Positions 17,585 through 27,604 of a stretch of DNA of 64,000 nucleotides are shown piece after piece. The stretch is taken from the IMG/VR virus record IMGVR_UViG_2563366947_000002; one strand, written 5' to 3'. This DNA is from a virus (Duplodnaviria > Heunggongvirae > Uroviricota > Caudoviricetes). Below the pieces are notes generated by a model. It was given only the letters and a program-made list of their open reading frames with translations. It did no database searches and was not told the DNA's origin. Numbering within the stretch: the stretch's first letter is position 1; every line of letters starts with the position of its first letter. The position numbers and the translations under genes were made by a program.

Positions 17585-18580
17585 ATGAGTGCAATAATCA
17601 CACCTCATTTCGTAAACGGAGCTGGTGTGGCTGTCTTTCCGGTAGACAAGCCCACCAGTAACTACATTGGCGCAGGTCGCCGTTTCATTATCTCCCCACT
17701 TCCGCGCGAACAGGCTGAAAACACGCCAGATGGCGTAGTGGATCTGAATTATTCGCTGGTTGCCAACCAGTCTCTGAAACCGTTTTTTCAAAGCGAGCGC
17801 GTATTTAACGCGTTGGGCGGTGAAGATTCGCTTGTTCATTGGGTAAGTTCCAATATCCACGATTGCCAGGCGCACGATAAGCGCGATTGCAGCCACCAGC
17901 TAACCACTCATTTCTATAACGGCTCTGCCGTTCGCCTGTGCTGGAAGCATGATGCGGAATACATGATGAAGGGGTACAGCAAGCTGGACGACCAGTTATC
18001 CCTGAATCGTGCCAACTGGGTTATGAACTGGGCTGCGAGCGAGTTAAAACTACCGCCAGAACGCGATCTGAGCATGGTTGAACTCACTTTTTGGGCCATT
18101 CGCCGGAATCTGAAAGATGAGCTGCCAGATGAAGCCGGTCGCATTGCATTTTGTCAGCCAAAAAATGAAATCCCTACCGGTACGCTGAAAGAATCAGATA
18201 TCACCTGGGAGCACAGTACCCGCGAGCTGGTGGACATAACCGCAGAGCAGATCGTCAACCTGTCTGTAGATGAGGATTCCGGCCTGCTTTATATGCGCCG
18301 ACCAAAAGCGGTCCTCGGTAAAAGCCCGGCTTATCTCCGGTTTGTGGTTTCTCGTCCGTGTATCGGATGCGGTGGCAAAGTTAACCACCCGTTCATGTAC
18401 CGCGCCCGCTCGTTAAACGAACACGACCGCTGGGCTGTTCCTCTTTGCGATGACTGCGCCAGAAGCGCAGAAAACGATGTCCGGGCATGGGAAAAAGCAC
18501 ATGGCATACGCCTTTACGTAGCCGCTAACCAGCTTTTTGACTTCGCCATCGAGCGCGGAGTGATCACTTTCAATAACTGA
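17585..18580 (+). CDS. hypothetical protein with C-terminal Cys-rich region
   Basis: 331-aa ORF; CIGCGG...CDDC possible zinc site. Confidence 0.4.
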   Translation: MSAIITPHFVNGAGVAVFPVDKPTSNYIGAGRRFIISPLPREQAENTPDGVVDLNYSLVANQSLKPFFQSERVFNALGGEDSLVHWVSSNIHDCQAHDKRDCSHQLTTHFYNGSAVRLCWKHDAEYMMKGYSKLDDQLSLNRANWVMNWAASELKLPPERDLSMVELTFWAIRRNLKDELPDEAGRIAFCQPKNEIPTGTLKESDITWEHSTRELVDITAEQIVNLSVDEDSGLLYMRRPKAVLGKSPAYLRFVVSRPCIGCGGKVNHPFMYRARSLNEHDRWAVPLCDDCARSAENDVRAWEKAHGIRLYVAANQLFDFAIERGVITFNN

Positions 18581-18584
18581 TGAG

Positions 18585-19286
18585 GTGGATCAAAAAATGA
18601 AAGAACGCGGGATGATTTTTAACGATGAGATGGTCAGGGCCATCCTCGAAGGAAGGAAGACGCAGACTCGCCGACCTGTAAAAAATGTCAGGGCCGATAA
18701 CTGCCTGGTTATCCGTAAACCGACAAAGAAACGCAATGGTGTCTATACCCACGTTATGGATGCACCTGAACATGGTTTATGCCCGTTCGGTAACGTTGGT
18801 GATCGCATATGGGTCCGTGAGGCGTGGGCGATATTAGGCAATGAGGATGGTTGCAGTGTGGACTGGAACGACAACCTTTGTCGTGGCGATGAGAAGAACG
18901 CAGCAAGGATTTATCGGGCCAGTTGTGAGCAAAAGCCGGGTGATTACGGCTTGTGGTCGATACCCGATGATGCCGACTGGAAACCTCACACTGTGAATGA
19001 AAAATTTGATGGCGGGTGGTGTCCATCAATTCACATGCCGCGCTGGGCATCGCGCATTCTTCTGGAAATTACCAACGTGCGCGTTGAGCGGTTGAACGAT
19101 ATCAGCGAATGCGATGCAAGGGCTGAGGGCGCACCAACAGAATCGACCCTCATTGGCGATAAGCATTACCCATGTTTCCGTAGCCTATGGAAATCAATTT
19201 ATGGCGAAGATAGTTGGAACGCTAATCCTTGGGTGTGGGTAATCGAGTTTAAGCGTATTCAGGGGGCAACCAGTGAGCAAGATTGA
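18585..19286 (+). CDS. hypothetical protein
   Basis: 233-aa ORF. Confidence 0.4.
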   Translation: MDQKMKERGMIFNDEMVRAILEGRKTQTRRPVKNVRADNCLVIRKPTKKRNGVYTHVMDAPEHGLCPFGNVGDRIWVREAWAILGNEDGCSVDWNDNLCRGDEKNAARIYRASCEQKPGDYGLWSIPDDADWKPHTVNEKFDGGWCPSIHMPRWASRILLEITNVRVERLNDISECDARAEGAPTESTLIGDKHYPCFRSLWKSIYGEDSWNANPWVWVIEFKRIQGATSEQD

Positions 19287-19920
19287 TTATCAAAAGCTTC
19301 GTGAAATCGCTGAAAAAACAAAAATTGCTGGTGAAGCACCTGTAATGCCTTTCGATCAGCGAATTAATGCGCTTAACGATTTTATGAAGCACTTTTCGCC
19401 AGATATCGCGCTGGCATTGTTGGATGAACGGGAAAGAAACCTGCAATACATCAAAAGCCGCGATCAGGAGAACGAGGATATTGCGCTAACGGTAGGGAAG
19501 CTGCGTGTTGAGCTGGAAGCAGCAGAGAACAACCTTATTGATAGTGAATGCCATGTTGCTGAACTGGAAGAAGCTCTACGCGATAAGCAGGCGTTACTTG
19601 AAGCATCAGAAAAGCGCATAGCAGAACTGGAAGCACGGGAAATAAAACCAGCCAAAGGTGAAGTTCTTGTCGTTGTTTCTGGTTTTACTGGTTGCGGAAA
19701 AAGCGCCATCGCCGGGGAAATAGAAATCGCGATGAAGGCTATTGGTGTACCGGTTAAGTGGACTAATGGCGATGCAGAAAAGCGCATGACTGGCGCTGAC
19801 TGGCTGACAGCGATTGAGATGTACAAACCAACAGTGCGCATCGTGGAAGTTAATGTGCCACGCGTCGCTGGCATTTGCATCAAAGGAGACGCAGGAGAGC
19901 AAAACGATGAAAAACCGTAA
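19273..19920 (+). CDS. coiled-coil protein (Ea22-like, tentative)
   Basis: 215-aa ORF with central coiled-coil segment. Confidence 0.35.
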   Translation: MSKIDYQKLREIAEKTKIAGEAPVMPFDQRINALNDFMKHFSPDIALALLDERERNLQYIKSRDQENEDIALTVGKLRVELEAAENNLIDSECHVAELEEALRDKQALLEASEKRIAELEAREIKPAKGEVLVVVSGFTGCGKSAIAGEIEIAMKAIGVPVKWTNGDAEKRMTGADWLTAIEMYKPTVRIVEVNVPRVAGICIKGDAGEQNDEKP

Positions 19921-20099
19921 AGCTAAGATGCTTATCTCCCGTGTATACAGACTTTGCTATCCCAGCCAGTGGTTGAGAGTTAGCAATCGTCGTGTGGTGT
20001 TGTTTTCATTTTCTGGAATTGCCAGAGAGGGAGTCCGAGATAAGGGCAGCGCGGCGCAAAACCGCTGGAAAAACCACCTGCGCACTAAAGGAGACTGAT

Positions 20100-20315
20100 A
20101 TGGCTATTGCCGCAAGTTACACCATGCATCTCTACTGTGATTGTCGCCAGTGTACAAATGGTAAATATCAAACGCCAGACTTCGGTGAGTATATCGGTAC
20201 GTCATGGGCTGGCTGTGCAAAAGAGGCGCGCAAGGATGGCTGGCGAATAAGCGCCGACAAAACGCGTGCTTTTGCGCCAGGTCATAAAATTTTGAGGATC
20301 AACAAAGGAGAGTGA
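20100..20315 (+). CDS. small Cys-rich protein
   Basis: ATG with AGGAG SD; MAIAASYTMHLYCDCRQCTNGKY...; ORF track 19992..20315. Confidence 0.35.
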   Translation: MAIAASYTMHLYCDCRQCTNGKYQTPDFGEYIGTSWAGCAKEARKDGWRISADKTRAFAPGHKILRINKGE

Positions 20316-20316
20316 T

Positions 20317-20772
20317 GTGCCGACATTATTCAGAAAAGAATATCCGCGAAGAAGCAGGGCTATAGAACTCTTGTTTCTCATTCTGTTTATCGTGCTGCTG
20401 ATACCGATATCCTCAATATTAGTGACTGTTCTAGTGGGGAAAGCATTTGAACCGTTAGTTGACCTGTATATCGATATAGTGTGTAAACCATTCGGGGCAC
20501 TACACAATAAAATTAACCCATACAAGGAAACTGATATGGCAACTTTGACAAAAGAAGAGAGTTTTACCAAAAAACAAATCGCCGAGGCAAAAATCCTCGA
20601 CAATAACGGAACCTACTTTATCAACGGCTCCATCCTTCCTGTTTATATCAATGAAAATGGCGACACTTACCTTATTGAAGAGTACGAAAAAGGCAAGCCG
20701 AGCGAACACCTCATTAAAGACTTATTCGCCGACGGCGTTCTTGTTGCTGTTAATCCGATTGGCTACAACTGA
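20317..20772 (+). CDS. hypothetical membrane protein
   Basis: 151-aa ORF with hydrophobic N-terminal segment; GTG start. Confidence 0.35.
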   Translation: MPTLFRKEYPRRSRAIELLFLILFIVLLIPISSILVTVLVGKAFEPLVDLYIDIVCKPFGALHNKINPYKETDMATLTKEESFTKKQIAEAKILDNNGTYFINGSILPVYINENGDTYLIEEYEKGKPSEHLIKDLFADGVLVAVNPIGYN

Positions 20773-20782
20773 GGCATAAATT

Positions 20783-21427
20783 ATGACCGTTTTAACCGAC
20801 AAAGAACTGATTAAAGAAATCAAAGAGCGCATAGGCAGTCTGGACGTTCGAGACAATATTGAGCGCCGTGCTTATGAAATTGCGCTGGCATCGCTGGAAG
20901 CAGAGCCTGTTGGTGAGTTTTATGAATACAAACCGGATGACTGGTATCAGCGTTCGGTCGGGGATAAAGCACCAAAGTGGGTGCCGTTATATGCTACTCC
21001 GCCAGTTCGGGAATTGCAGGCTGATGTCGCGCAAGCAATTGAAAATCTCAAGCAGAAGTTAGTGGAATGCAATCGCTATAACTACTGCGCAGATGCCGTT
21101 AAAGGTGTTGAGGATGCCAGCCGCGTCTTGGCACTCCAAAATCAAAATATGTCAGCGCCGATAACGCCGGAGGCCATTGAAAACGCAATTGAATACATCC
21201 GCAGTATCGCTTTTCACATCGATGAAGACGATTACCACGGCAAACATATTGCGTATTTCATGCGACAAGCATTGGCCTGGCTGGAAGGGCATTCATGCAG
21301 CAACGACAGACTGGGTAAAGCCGATAATCAACCAGTACGCGGCAACCAGGCTGCCGAATCCAATCGCGGTAATGAGTGGACCGGCAATCCTGATATTGAT
21401 ACGCCATCATCATGCTCGATCGCATAG
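20783..21427 (+). CDS. hypothetical protein
   Basis: 214-aa ORF. Confidence 0.4.
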   Translation: MTVLTDKELIKEIKERIGSLDVRDNIERRAYEIALASLEAEPVGEFYEYKPDDWYQRSVGDKAPKWVPLYATPPVRELQADVAQAIENLKQKLVECNRYNYCADAVKGVEDASRVLALQNQNMSAPITPEAIENAIEYIRSIAFHIDEDDYHGKHIAYFMRQALAWLEGHSCSNDRLGKADNQPVRGNQAAESNRGNEWTGNPDIDTPSSCSIA

Positions 21428-21864
21428 ATACGCTGGAAAATTGCGATGATGACCGTATTGAGGCTGTTAAGGCCGTTTTGCGTAGACTGGCTGGCAACTA
21501 TCCGGATATTCCGGATAGTTCGGTGCCAGCGCCAGGAAAGGGCGTCACCGGTGAACGTATCCGCATTAAGCCGCATGTTTATCGCGAACTGGTTAACCGT
21601 CTCCACGATACAGCGATCAAGTGTGCTGGCACCCAGCAATTACGAGAAAGAATTAGCCGTGTTTTGGGCGACGTTATTACGCCATATCATCATAAACAAG
21701 CCGAGAAAAGCGGTCTGGAAAGGTGTCATCTTGAGGCAGCATTAAACATTAAGCCGGGGCATACGCTTGGCATTATTGATGCACTATTGGTTCATAAGAT
21801 GGCCAGGGCTTTATTGCCGCTGGTGGCTGAAAAGCATGAGGCGGACCATGCCAACGAAAGCTGA
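21412..21864 (+). CDS. hypothetical protein sharing C-terminal module with 14616..15239 product
   Basis: HVYRELVNRLHDTAIKCAGTQQLRERIS parallels HLYRELVDALRDVAIECHGTDQLRARLS. Confidence 0.4.
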   Translation: MLDRIDTLENCDDDRIEAVKAVLRRLAGNYPDIPDSSVPAPGKGVTGERIRIKPHVYRELVNRLHDTAIKCAGTQQLRERISRVLGDVITPYHHKQAEKSGLERCHLEAALNIKPGHTLGIIDALLVHKMARALLPLVAEKHEADHANES

Positions 21865-22132
21865 ATTACAGGTGCGCGTAGATGAGCTTGAAAAAGAGAA
21901 CGCGAGCCTCAAAAAAATGCTGTCGCGGGCGGAAAGGGAATTATCAGGCAAATTATTGCCAGAAGAACTGCCACCAGCAGATATACCTGATCGAGTGTCC
22001 TGGTGGATGAAGTATTTCCGTGCACCGTGGGAGGCGTTTTGGTGCTACGACCATCGCAGATGGTGTGATGAACTTGATAGCAGTTTTCCCTACTTTGCGG
22101 AAGGGAACACCTGCCCTCAATGCAGGGGATAG
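21849..22132 (+). CDS. hypothetical protein
   Basis: ATG with GAGG SD; ORF track 21767..22132. Confidence 0.35.
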
Positions 22133-22467
22133 CATTTGACGAAATCGATCACCCTATCCTGAACTTCAGAAAGAAGGTCTTTTTCACGCGCCAGGACGTC
22201 AGGATATTGACGTTCTGGCCTTACTAGATGCCGGAGCTTCCCATTAAGCAGAATGGCCTCAGAAAACACTTTTACGCTGTGCTTTATCCCCTCTGTTTCA
22301 CTTTTCAGCGTCAAAATAAAGCGCAATTGCTTATTAGCCTGATTCAGATTCAATACACGAATTTGCAGTTCGTCTATGCTGTTTCGCAATGGGATTGATG
22401 CCACCACACTGGTGCAGTCTCTGATTGTCTGAATTGAACGGCTAACATTGAGAACGTTATTGTGCAT
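22117..22467 (-). CDS. hypothetical protein
   Basis: 116-aa ORF on opposite strand between + blocks. Confidence 0.3.
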   Translation of the reverse strand: MHNNVLNVSRSIQTIRDCTSVVASIPLRNSIDELQIRVLNLNQANKQLRFILTLKSETEGIKHSVKVFSEAILLNGKLRHLVRPERQYPDVLAREKDLLSEVQDRVIDFVKCYPLH

Positions 22468-22619
22468 GTGCCTGATCCACTAACTCCTGGAGGTTTCTTG
22501 TGTCAGATCGAAATATAGCAGCTAAAAGCCAGGAAGAGCGAGACAAGGTGAACGTAGACCTTGCCGCCAGCGGCGTTGCTTACAAACCCCGCTTTCACAA
22601 ACTATGCCTTTTCAATGTA

Positions 22620-22639
22620 TACTGTATGAATAAACAGTA
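22620..22639 (+). promoter_or_regulatory. LexA (SOS) box
   Basis: TACTGTATGAATAAACAGTA = CTGT-N8-ACAG, 19 bp upstream of humD-like start. Confidence 0.7.
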
Positions 22640-22657
22640 TCATTGAGGTAAAACGCT

Positions 22658-23047
22658 ATGGGCTTCCCTTCTCCTGCGGCGGATTATGTTGAAAGCCGAA
22701 TTTCTCTTGATCAGCAACTAATTAGACATCCATCAGCAACCTACTTCATGCGGGCAGCTGATAGCCATCACCGTGAGGGAATATTGCAGGGTGCTTTGCT
22801 GGTGGTTGATTCCTCACTTACTCCGGTTGATGGCTCACTGCTTATATGCGCTATGGAGGGGGAATATCGCGTAAAAAGATACCGGAAGTATCCGCGCCAG
22901 CACCTGGAGGATTTAAGCACCGGGAAGAAAGAGGCGTTACCAGTAGATGACGATGGTTACACGGGTAGTAATGCTGTTTTTGGTGTGATCACTCATGTCA
23001 TCAATGATGCCCGGAGTGGGGAGTTTGATGATTGTCCGGTCATTTAA
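22658..23047 (+). CDS. humD: UmuD'-like protein (HumD homologue)
   Basis: 129 aa S24-peptidase-like C-terminal domain without cleavable N-terminus; precedes phd-doc as I recall in P1. Confidence 0.65.
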   Translation: MGFPSPAADYVESRISLDQQLIRHPSATYFMRAADSHHREGILQGALLVVDSSLTPVDGSLLICAMEGEYRVKRYRKYPRQHLEDLSTGKKEALPVDDDGYTGSNAVFGVITHVINDARSGEFDDCPVI

Positions 23048-23119
23048 GCTGCAAAGTGCTGGTGCTTTATGCCTGTGAAGTTTATAATTGTGTACACATA
23101 ACGAGTACACGAGGTGTTT

Positions 23120-23341
23120 ATGCAATCCATTAACTTCCGTACCGCGCGCGGCAACCTTTCTGAAGTGCTCAACAATGTTGAAGCCGGGGAAGAGGTTGAA
23201 ATCACCCGCAGAGGCCGTGAGCCAGCAGTAATTGTTAGCAAGGCTACTTTTGAAGCCTACAAAAAAGCGGCGCTGGATGCCGAATTTGCATCCCTGTTTG
23301 ACACCCTGGACTCCACCAACAAGGAACTGGTTAACCGATAA
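23120..23341 (+). CDS. phd: Phd antitoxin
   Basis: [49 protein letters not shown]... matches P1 Phd as I recall it; ATGA overlap with doc. Confidence 0.9.
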
Positions 23342-23721
23342 TGAGGCATATATCACCGGAAGAACTTATTGCGCTTCATGATGCGAATATAAGCCGCTAC
23401 GGTGGCCTGCCGGGAATGTCAGATCCGGGTAGGGCAGAGGCCATTATCGGGAGAGTTCAGGCCAGAGTTGCCTACGAAGAGATCAGCGACCTTTTCGAAG
23501 TCTCCGCCACCTACTTGGTGGCTACAGCGAGAGGGCATATATTCAATGATGCCAATAAGCGTACCGCGCTAAACAGTGCGCTGCTATTTCTACGCCGTAA
23601 CGGGGTTCAGGTATTTGATTCACCTGAACTGGCAGACCTTACTGTAGGCGCTGCGACTGGCGAGATATCTGTATCTTCTGTCGCCGACACGTTACGTAGA
23701 TTGTATGGTTCTGCGGAGTAG
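23341..23721 (+). CDS. doc: Doc toxin (Fic-family kinase)
   Basis: 126 aa matching P1 Doc as I recall it, including [11 protein letters not shown] Fic-like motif. Confidence 0.9.
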
Positions 23722-23923
23722 ATTAATGGCACGTAAATACAACAAGTTGTCCCGTGAAGCGTTAAAGATGCTTCTTGATGGCGTGAGTCGCCGCGAGGTA
23801 AAGCAATACCTGGTTGGTAAGCAAATTGGTGCCAGGACCGCTATTGCTGTGTTATGCCGTCAGGAAATGGTTGTGCTTAAACAGAGAATGCTTGGTAGCA
23901 GACAAAGTGCTTCCAGTATTTGA
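23705..23923 (+). CDS. hypothetical small protein
   Basis: 72-aa ORF overlapping doc 3' end; followed by terminator. Confidence 0.3.
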
Positions 23924-23926
23924 AAA

Positions 23927-23960
23927 GAAGCCCGCCATACCAAGCGGGCTTTTTGTTATT
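23927..23960 (+). terminator. rho-independent terminator of humD-phd-doc operon
   Basis: AAGCCCGC-loop-GCGGGCTT hairpin followed by TTTTGTTATT. Confidence 0.65.
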
Positions 23961-24732
23961 CCACCTCTTCTGCCGCTGTATCATTGGACTGTTCTTCTTT
24001 GGCCCGTTCTGCAATCGCCGCACGGCATTTCGCCCTGGCTGTAGCGATTGCTTCTGCTCGCACATCGTCTGGAATCGTTGACGTGATATACATATCCAGT
24101 TCTTCGGCACGGAATACTGTTTGGTCCAGATATTCGCGTAGCATCCAGGTAAATTCGAAATCACACGCGATAATCTCTGCGCCACATTCTGCACCATTTG
24201 GGAAATGAATAAATGCCTGTTTAGCCAAACCGATAACACGACATGCGGTTGCCAAAACAGCGACAACCAGGTTTACATTTTCACACGCTACGGGCTGATT
24301 AACGCCGGAGATTACTCCATTTAACTGTCGGTTATATGGAAGGTAGTTTGAGATGCGTTCTACGCGCCATGTGCCAGTCAGGCTGCCATTCTTAAAGATA
24401 ATTGGTGTAACGGATAGCCCAAGCTCGCGTATAAGTCGTTGCGCTATAGCAGGATCATTAAACATGTCTAATGCTACACATTCGAAAGACTGTGCAAGGG
24501 TAAACAGTTCTTCCAGAGAGTAGTCTTTGCCCCTGGCGGTGATGTAACGATGAACGCCGCTTTCTGCATCGCTCCATATAGCTACGCCATGCTCTTCATT
24601 CAGTTCTTCATTAAAGCCGAGATATGTCATGATAGTGCGTTCAATCGTGTCAAACGGCAGTGACATGTCGGCGTTAACAGCCACCAGCAGGCCATTACGC
24701 AAGCGGTATTGAATTGCTTTAGTATTTTCCAC
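23956..24732 (-). CDS. hypothetical protein
   Basis: 258-aa ORF. Confidence 0.4.
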   Translation of the reverse strand: MENTKAIQYRLRNGLLVAVNADMSLPFDTIERTIMTYLGFNEELNEEHGVAIWSDAESGVHRYITARGKDYSLEELFTLAQSFECVALDMFNDPAIAQRLIRELGLSVTPIIFKNGSLTGTWRVERISNYLPYNRQLNGVISGVNQPVACENVNLVVAVLATACRVIGLAKQAFIHFPNGAECGAEIIACDFEFTWMLREYLDQTVFRAEELDMYITSTIPDDVRAEAIATARAKCRAAIAERAKEEQSNDTAAEEVE

Positions 24733-24738
24733 GTTAAA

Positions 24739-25179
24739 TCACTCCACCACAAACCAGTCACATGCCAGTAAGTCGCCTACAGAAGGAACCCACGGAACAA
24801 CTACACCTTGTGCATTTTTTAAGGCGAAATAAGCACCATACGGAACGAGGTCGCCGGGGAAATATCCCTTAATGGCTTCCATTCGTGCCGGGTACTGTCC
24901 TTCAGGAACCAGCCAGCAGAATTGGTTTTCGCCGTTCCACCCGCGTCGAGCAACTTTCTTGCCATCCTTCAGCCACATCAGCGCGTCAGAAAAGTCGGCT
25001 GCTTCAAGGTCGATTTCTTCTTGCTGGGTGGTGATGCCACCAGCAGAAATAGTTACGCTCCCGGTAAGATTAATCATCACGCCGTTGTCATCCGTAATGA
25101 TGACCGTGGTTCCATTTTTTTTGTGAGCTTTGTATTTTGGAAGGAACTTAAAAAGCTCTTTCGTTGCCATGTTATTCAT
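24739..25179 (-). CDS. protein with DUF2829-like C-terminal domain (tentative)
   Basis: 146 aa; FSDALMWLKDGKKVARRGWNGENQFCWLV ... DWFVVE pattern as I recall for DUF2829. Confidence 0.4.
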   Translation of the reverse strand: MNNMATKELFKFLPKYKAHKKNGTTVIITDDNGVMINLTGSVTISAGGITTQQEEIDLEAADFSDALMWLKDGKKVARRGWNGENQFCWLVPEGQYPARMEAIKGYFPGDLVPYGAYFALKNAQGVVVPWVPSVGDLLACDWFVVE

Positions 25180-25193
25180 AGTCTTTTCTCTGC

Positions 25194-25688
25194 TTATAAC
25201 TTTTCGTACTGAAGCGGTGAACGCTTAATTTCAAAGTGGCCTTCCGATGTGCTACCAAAGCCACCATCACCACGTTCCGTTTCGTTGAGTTCCTCAACCT
25301 CGACTAGTGAGACTTGTTCAACACGCTCAAAAATTCCTTGCATGACAGCCATTCCAGGCTTGAGACAAACGCCTTCCCCGCCGGGATCAGTAATCAGTTT
25401 TGCCATGATTTCGCCGCGATAATCGGAGTCGATAATTCCTACGCAGTTAGCCAGGCGAGTATGTTTTTTGCAGCCCAATCCGGATCGCGGATAGAGTTTC
25501 AGACACCAGCCGGGCGGGATCTCCATAGCCAATCCGGTGTACACCCACCAGCTTGAGGAAATTGCACCATTGCTATCGACACATGGTTTTATTTCAACAG
25601 CCTCAAAATCCATCGCCGCCGATCCGGAGGTGGCATAAGCTGGAAGTTTTGCTGCCGGATGTAGGCGTTTCACTTTTACGTAAATCAT
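25194..25688 (-). CDS. dut: dUTP diphosphatase
   Basis: YATSGSAAMDF, GIIDSDYRGEI, RGDGGFGSTS motifs align with E. coli Dut. Confidence 0.85.
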   Translation of the reverse strand: MIYVKVKRLHPAAKLPAYATSGSAAMDFEAVEIKPCVDSNGAISSSWWVYTGLAMEIPPGWCLKLYPRSGLGCKKHTRLANCVGIIDSDYRGEIMAKLITDPGGEGVCLKPGMAVMQGIFERVEQVSLVEVEELNETERGDGGFGSTSEGHFEIKRSPLQYEKL

Positions 25689-26161
25689 TGTTTTTTAGCT
25701 CTCTGCGTGAAGGTGTAAACCCGACGTTTGATATGTGGAACGGTTGGAACAGGAAGACAGGAACTTTCAATAACTCCTTGCTCCTCCAGCGATCGCACCG
25801 CCCGCAAGAACTGCGACGTGTCGCCGCCAAACTGGCGGGCATAGGTGCTGCCGTTATGAAGTATTTGAGCTATTACCCGAGCTTTTGTCTGGCTGTCACG
25901 ATATGCGAATAGCCGCACGGCCTCTTCTGGCGCAATCGATAACTGATAGCCTTTACCGGCACGGTGTCGAATGAATCCATGCGCCAGTAGGTTTTTGAGT
26001 TCGTTACGAGTGCGAACAGATCCGTAATCCAGGAAGTGTGGATTGATAACGACTGGCTTAAACCATTCCGTAGGTGCTTTAGCTAATAGAGCTAACAGCT
26101 TCCCGGACAATCCTGGATAGGAAGACGGGTAACAATTCAGAGATGGGTAATAAGTTTTCAC
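25685..26161 (-). CDS. hypothetical protein
   Basis: 158-aa ORF, 4-bp overlap with dut. Confidence 0.4.
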   Translation of the reverse strand: MKTYYPSLNCYPSSYPGLSGKLLALLAKAPTEWFKPVVINPHFLDYGSVRTRNELKNLLAHGFIRHRAGKGYQLSIAPEEAVRLFAYRDSQTKARVIAQILHNGSTYARQFGGDTSQFLRAVRSLEEQGVIESSCLPVPTVPHIKRRVYTFTQRAKKQ

Positions 26162-26514
26162 CGACGCCCCCTTGCCGGATATCGACCTGCATTAGTATCC
26201 GGTGCAATAAAGCCGGTAGTGGGGCGAGTGAAAGCGAGATTAATCTTCTCGACCATAGTGCGATAATTTTCCTGATAGTGGGCCAGGAGTTTTTCGGCGG
26301 CAATGATGGTTACTTTCCGGACGTAGCTTTCTGCTTCCTCCAGATTTCGCCAGTTTTTTTCGAGGGTAAACACAGGGACGGCCTCAAGCCCGGTCATGAT
26401 GCCGAATACAACGACAGCATGACTGTTCTTAACACCAGCGGCGAAGGTTACGGTGTAACCATCCACCGTGAAGCGTCTTGATTCCGTGATTTGACTCTGC
26501 AAAGCACCCTCCAA
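26158..26514 (-). CDS. hypothetical protein
   Basis: 118-aa ORF, first gene downstream of operator at 26558. Confidence 0.4.
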   Translation of the reverse strand: MEGALQSQITESRRFTVDGYTVTFAAGVKNSHAVVVFGIMTGLEAVPVFTLEKNWRNLEEAESYVRKVTIIAAEKLLAHYQENYRTMVEKINLAFTRPTTGFIAPDTNAGRYPARGRR

Positions 26515-26557
26515 AATAGGCGAGGGTACTTTACAGCAAAGATATCAATCTAAAAAG

Positions 26558-26577
26558 ATGTGTTAGAAATTTAATTT
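26558..26577 (+). promoter_or_regulatory. putative repressor operator
   Basis: ATGTGTTAGAAATTTAATTT overlapping cre stop codon. Confidence 0.5.
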
Positions 26578-27604
26578 ATGAATCCATCAAGCGGCTATTA
26601 GCCCCCACAGACACACCGCCACGGCGCAGATACCGCATAAGTGTTTCCGGTTTCTTCCAGGTTCCTTCCTGCATAATCTCCACCATAGACACCTGCTTTT
26701 CAGCCATATCGATAGCGGCCCCGACACGAGCACTATGCCCGGTCCACGTCCGGTATCTCCCTTTGTTTGGCGTGGCATCCCTTTTATTCAGCAACACCCA
26801 GGCGTCGCTGAATATTTTCTCCATTGCAGGTGCAGTAAGGGGCGTTGTCGTAATCCTGGCCTTATTGCTACGGTGTATCGGCGGGAACAGCACCGCGTCA
26901 GGATGTTCACGAAGCCCGGAAACATCCAGCCAGTCATTCAGCACAGCAGTAGTGCGACGGGAAAGCACCTTATCAAGCCCGGCGGCGGTCGTTATTGTCT
27001 TCGTGTGTGAAATATGTAGCGTGACAGTGTCACCTGTTTGGTCCAGATCTCCTACACGAATACGCGAGATTTCCGACATACGCATCAGCGTATTGTATGC
27101 AACAAAGAGAAAAGCCCGGTTGCGCAGGTCCACCAGCCGTTCTGACCTGGACAACAGGACGTCGAGCAGTTTCAGGTCGTCCCATCGCAGCGGTATAGCC
27201 TGGCCTGTTCGTTCGCCTTTTTCCGTTGCCGCTTCGCGCCGGATACGCCGCATAGCCAGAGAAACACTTTTATCATCCGAAAGTGGCGGAAGGCCACAAT
27301 GAGAAAGCAGCATGTTAAGCATGGCGTAGTGCTTATCAATGGTGGTCGAAGCCAGATCGGCATCATGCAACTGAAGAAAATACTCGCGGGCCATTTCTGG
27401 TGAGATCGGAAACCAGGCAAGCTGGCGAGCGTGACACCAGCGCGCCCAGGAATGAAACACCAACCGGAGGTCGCGCAGAGTATTCGGCGCATAAGCACCC
27501 TGATCATTCATGAACCGCATAAAGTTTTCTGCGGCTTCCTGGTACTCTTTGCCAATGTTGCGCAGAAAACCACCGGAACTGCCAGAGATAATTAATTCAC
27601 TCAT
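26576..27604 (-). CDS. cre: Cre-family tyrosine site-specific recombinase
   Basis: 342 aa; blocks SWARWC, VSLAMRRIRRE, YNTLMRMSEISRIRVGDL, GHSARVGAA, LMRYLRR align with P1 Cre including catalytic R, H, R, W, Y positions; roughly 40-45 percent identity by eye. Confidence 0.9.
   Translation of the reverse strand: MSELIISGSSGGFLRNIGKEYQEAAENFMRFMNDQGAYAPNTLRDLRLVFHSWARWCHARQLAWFPISPEMAREYFLQLHDADLASTTIDKHYAMLNMLLSHCGLPPLSDDKSVSLAMRRIRREAATEKGERTGQAIPLRWDDLKLLDVLLSRSERLVDLRNRAFLFVAYNTLMRMSEISRIRVGDLDQTGDTVTLHISHTKTITTAAGLDKVLSRRTTAVLNDWLDVSGLREHPDAVLFPPIHRSNKARITTTPLTAPAMEKIFSDAWVLLNKRDATPNKGRYRTWTGHSARVGAAIDMAEKQVSMVEIMQEGTWKKPETLMRYLRRGGVSVGANSRLMDS

Noticed and set aside
26763-27302. 179-aa plus-strand ORF
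   Set aside because: Antisense to the cre homologue; Ser/Arg-rich translation without start context
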